In this document: in pieces, positions 61,369 through 64,000 of the stretch
Numbering within the stretch: position 1 is the first letter of the stretch
How the letters are laid out: the number at the start of each line of letters is the position of its first letter
Origin: Flavobacterium sp.
Lineage (GTDB): Bacteria; Bacteroidota; Bacteroidia; Flavobacteriales; Flavobacteriaceae
Direction of reading: 5' to 3'
Assembly: GCF_049240005.1 (NCBI RefSeq)
Contig: NZ_JBMLTK010000028.1
Coordinates: forward strand, 8,773 to 72,772
Length of the DNA stretch: 64,000 nucleotides
The notes under the pieces: generated by a model
Told to the model about the DNA's origin: nothing
What the model saw: the letters and a program-made list of their open reading frames with translations, nothing else
Database searches by the model: none
Position numbers and translations under genes: made by a program

Positions 61369-63456
61369 ATGAAAAGATTTTTTCCACTAGTATTCATTTT
61401 AACTTCGGTTATGCAGGCACAGACACTTAAGTCGCCAAACGGTAAAATTACCGTGACATTTTCCGCGAAAGAGCAGTTGACGTATGAAGTCAGATTCGAA
61501 AACAAAGTTGTAGTTGATGTGAGTCGACTCGGATTCAAGCTGAAAGATATTGGCGATTTTAGTAACGGATTTCGCGTTGTTGGCGAATCTAGAAGTTCGG
61601 AAAACACCACTTGGCAACCGGTTCTCGGGGAAGTTAGCAACATAAAAAATAACTATAATGAGGTGGTTTTTAATTTATTGCGCGACTCAGATAAACGCCA
61701 GATGAACATTCATTTTCGCGCTTTCGACGAAGGAATTGCTTTTAGATATGAGTTTCCAAAGCAGAGCAACCTGAATTATTTTGTTGTTTCTGAAGAACTT
61801 ACGGCTTTTCAGCTCACTGAAGATTACAAAGCATTTTGGATTCCAGCCGATTTCGACAGCCAAGAATATGTGTATAACGAAACGCCAATCTCGAAAATAG
61901 ATGTCGATAATTTGAATTTGAACAACGGTATTGGCATGAAATCGATTGCTACGCGTTACGGGGTACAGTCGCCATTGATGTTGAAATCGACTACCGGTTT
62001 GTACGTAAATATCTTCGAAGCTGCGGTAGTAAATTATCCGGTGATGCATTTGGCGGTTGACCCAAAATCGTATTTGTTTTCAGCACTTTTGGCGCCAAAT
62101 CCGCTAGGGGAGAAGGCGTATTTGCAAGCGCCCTACAACACTCCGTGGCGAACGGTAATGATCAGTAAAGATGCGCGCGATATCGTGGGTTCGAAAATGA
62201 TTTTGAATTTGAACGAACCGTCGAAAATTAAAGAAACCTCGTGGATAAAGCCCATGAAATACGTAGGTGTTTGGTGGGAAATGCACGTTGGAAAATCGAC
62301 TTGGGATTACGCCGGATCGCAAAACGCACAAAATACAGGTAAGGAGTTAATTGCCTCAGGGAAACATGGAGCTACTACTCAGAATGTGAAGCGCTATATT
62401 GATTTTGCGGCTACGCATGGTTTTGATGGTGTTTTAGTGGAAGGTTGGAATACCGGTTGGGAAGATTGGTTTGGCAACTGGAAAGAAGACGTATTTGATT
62501 TTGTAACGCCTTATCCGGATTTCGACATCAAGGAAATTACCGAATACGCAAAAAGTAAAAACGTGAAAATGATCATGCATCACGAAACCTCGGGTTCGGT
62601 TGCCAATTACGAGCGGCGTTTGGATCGGGCTTTTGCGTTTATGAAAAAGTACGGATACGGAGCTGTAAAAACCGGATACGTTGGAAGAATTATTCCGCGT
62701 GGCGAATTTCACGACGGACAAACGATGTTGAACCACTTTAATTGGGTAGCCGAACGTGCAGCAGAGCAAAGAATTATGGTGAATTCACACGAATCGACAC
62801 GACCAACAGGTTACCACCGTACGTATCCGAATTACATTGCCGCAGAGGCAGCGCGCGGAAACGAGTTTAACGCCTGGAGTAGTGGAAATCCGCCGATGCA
62901 CGAAACGATTTTACCCTTCACTCGTTTGCTTGGCGGACCTATGGATTATACGCCTGGAATTTTTGAAATAAAAATGAGCGCCTACGATCCGGCTAAAAAA
63001 GAGCAGGTGCATACAACCTTAGCCAAACAATTAGCCTTGTACGTGACGCTTTACAGTCCGTTGCAAATGGCAGCCGATTTACCTGAAAACTACGAACGTC
63101 ATTTAGATGCGTTCCAATTCATAAAAGATGTAGCTGCCGATTGGCAAGATACCAAGTATTTGGAAGCAGAACCGGGCGATTATTTAACGGTAGTTCGTAA
63201 AGATAAATCATCAGAGCGTTGGTTTTTGGGTGCAATTACCGATGAAAACGCGAGAAAAACCGAAATTTCGCTCGATTTTTTAACACCGGGCGTGAAATAC
63301 AAAGCTACTGTTTATGAGGACGGTAAAGCTGCACATTGGGAAAAGAACCCAAAATCGTATGCTATAAAAACTATACAAGTGACTTCGAAGTCGAAATTAC
63401 AATTACATTTGGCAGAAGGAGGAGGAGCAGCGGTTTCTATCGTTCCGATTCCCTAA
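61369..63456 (+). CDS. glycoside hydrolase family 97 (SusB-like alpha-glucosidase)
   Basis: 695 aa with a signal peptide. N-terminus LKSPNGKITVTFS, plus GVLVEGWNTGWEDWFG, MHHETSG, AEAARGNEF. Confidence 0.8.
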   Translation: MKRFFPLVFILTSVMQAQTLKSPNGKITVTFSAKEQLTYEVRFENKVVVDVSRLGFKLKDIGDFSNGFRVVGESRSSENTTWQPVLGEVSNIKNNYNEVVFNLLRDSDKRQMNIHFRAFDEGIAFRYEFPKQSNLNYFVVSEELTAFQLTEDYKAFWIPADFDSQEYVYNETPISKIDVDNLNLNNGIGMKSIATRYGVQSPLMLKSTTGLYVNIFEAAVVNYPVMHLAVDPKSYLFSALLAPNPLGEKAYLQAPYNTPWRTVMISKDARDIVGSKMILNLNEPSKIKETSWIKPMKYVGVWWEMHVGKSTWDYAGSQNAQNTGKELIASGKHGATTQNVKRYIDFAATHGFDGVLVEGWNTGWEDWFGNWKEDVFDFVTPYPDFDIKEITEYAKSKNVKMIMHHETSGSVANYERRLDRAFAFMKKYGYGAVKTGYVGRIIPRGEFHDGQTMLNHFNWVAERAAEQRIMVNSHESTRPTGYHRTYPNYIAAEAARGNEFNAWSSGNPPMHETILPFTRLLGGPMDYTPGIFEIKMSAYDPAKKEQVHTTLAKQLALYVTLYSPLQMAADLPENYERHLDAFQFIKDVAADWQDTKYLEAEPGDYLTVVRKDKSSERWFLGAITDENARKTEISLDFLTPGVKYKATVYEDGKAAHWEKNPKSYAIKTIQVTSKSKLQLHLAEGGGAAVSIVPIP

Positions 63457-63498
63457 AATAGAACACACATTAACCAACCAAACATTAAATAAAACTTC

Positions 63499-64000
63499 AT
63501 GAGTGCAGAAAGTCAAAAGACCAATTGGGCGCAGTTTATTCCGCTCGTAACCGTATTCTTTTTTTGGGGATTTGTTGCTGCGAGTAACGACATTTTAATT
63601 CCAGTATTTAAAACGGCATTTAACCTGAGTCAGGGTCAGAGTCAGTTGGTGTCCGTTGCATTTTACATTGCTTATACAGTTGGGTCGATTATTTATATGT
63701 TGATTTCCTATATTACAAAAGGCGATTTAATCAATCGTATTGGATACAAAAATTCGTTGGCACTTGGTTTGGTTATTTCTGCTTTAGGAACAATACTTTT
63801 CTATCCGGCAGCCAACACAGGTTCGTTTCCGTTGATGTTGTCTGGGCTTTTTATTGTTGCTCTAGGATTTTCGCTTCAACAAACAGTTGCAAATCCGTTA
63901 GCAATTGCCTTAGGTCCGATTACAACGGGTTCGCAACGACTAACACTCGCCGGAGGAATTAACAATTTAGGAACTACGATCGGACCTTTATTAGTAAGTT
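63499..64000 (+). CDS. MFS sugar transporter (glucose/galactose or fucose permease family), N-terminal part; runs off the window end
   Basis: Manual translation gives MSAESQKTNWAQFIPLVTVFFFWGFVAASNDILIPVFKTAFNLSQGQSQLV. This is the typical GluP/FucP N-terminus. Confidence 0.75.
   Translation, partial: MSAESQKTNWAQFIPLVTVFFFWGFVAASNDILIPVFKTAFNLSQGQSQLVSVAFYIAYTVGSIIYMLISYITKGDLINRIGYKNSLALGLVISALGTILFYPAANTGSFPLMLSGLFIVALGFSLQQTVANPLAIALGPITTGSQRLTLAGGINNLGTTIGPLLVS

Noticed and set aside
60897-61643. ORFs 60897..61247 (116 aa) and 61347..61643 (98 aa)
   Set aside because: The first spans 127-bp repeat copy 2 and GC-rich repeat-like DNA. The second is antisense to the 5' end of the well-supported GH97 gene.

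Overview
The window looks like a Bacteroidota (Flavobacteriia-type) chromosome segment. Supporting this are a T9SS C-terminal sorting domain, a fused ccoN-ccoO, a DUF4295 gene after rpmG, bshC, and TAnnTTTG -7 promoter boxes. The higher-GC core genes are alkB-like, hemN, a complete cbb3 oxidase cluster with ccoI and a Crp/Fnr regulator, hsp20, an E2 acyltransferase, cinA, rpmB-rpmG-DUF4295-ftsY, a histidine kinase/response regulator pair, a B12/radical SAM gene, bshC, ndk, and a GH97/MFS glycan locus. These genes surround a strongly AT-rich accessory island of about 20.7 kb (roughly 6.3-26.9 kb). Two hand-counted 60-nt lines gave about 23% GC at 9481-9540 and about 53% at 28861-28920. The island is bracketed by two same-orientation copies of a ~220 bp MITE-like element with 14-bp terminal inverted repeats, and I saw no integrase or transposase. 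It carries two modules. (1) A tightly packed ten-gene minus-strand operon (6633-16731) encodes a LytTR regulator with a degenerate receiver, two FHA proteins with zinc ribbons, an acidic DxDxDG membrane protein, a lipoprotein, two paralogous membrane Ser/Thr kinases, a secreted Sel1-repeat protein, a membrane-anchored PP2C phosphatase and a lipoprotein-type caspase-fold protease. I do not recognise it as a named system, and it is my main candidate for an undescribed conflict or envelope-signalling system. (2) A restriction-modification-like module (18162-26455) has a 1054-aa gamma-class N6-adenine methyltransferase with a specificity region, a RhuM/Doc pair, and an 1119-aa PLD-nuclease::SNF2-ATPase fusion. 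Other points worth a second look are listed next. A 222-aa ORF (1978-2646) resembles a gasdermin N-terminal pore domain by eye but has no inhibitory tail. FNR-type boxes sit at identical spacing to the -7 box in front of hemN and ccoS. A family of GC-rich structured intergenic repeats recurs across the window. Two 127-bp direct repeats carrying a perfect 18-bp palindrome lie upstream of the GH97 gene. A T9SS protein contains ten ~96-aa tandem repeats. All assignments come from reading motifs in the supplied translations. No searches or computations were run.
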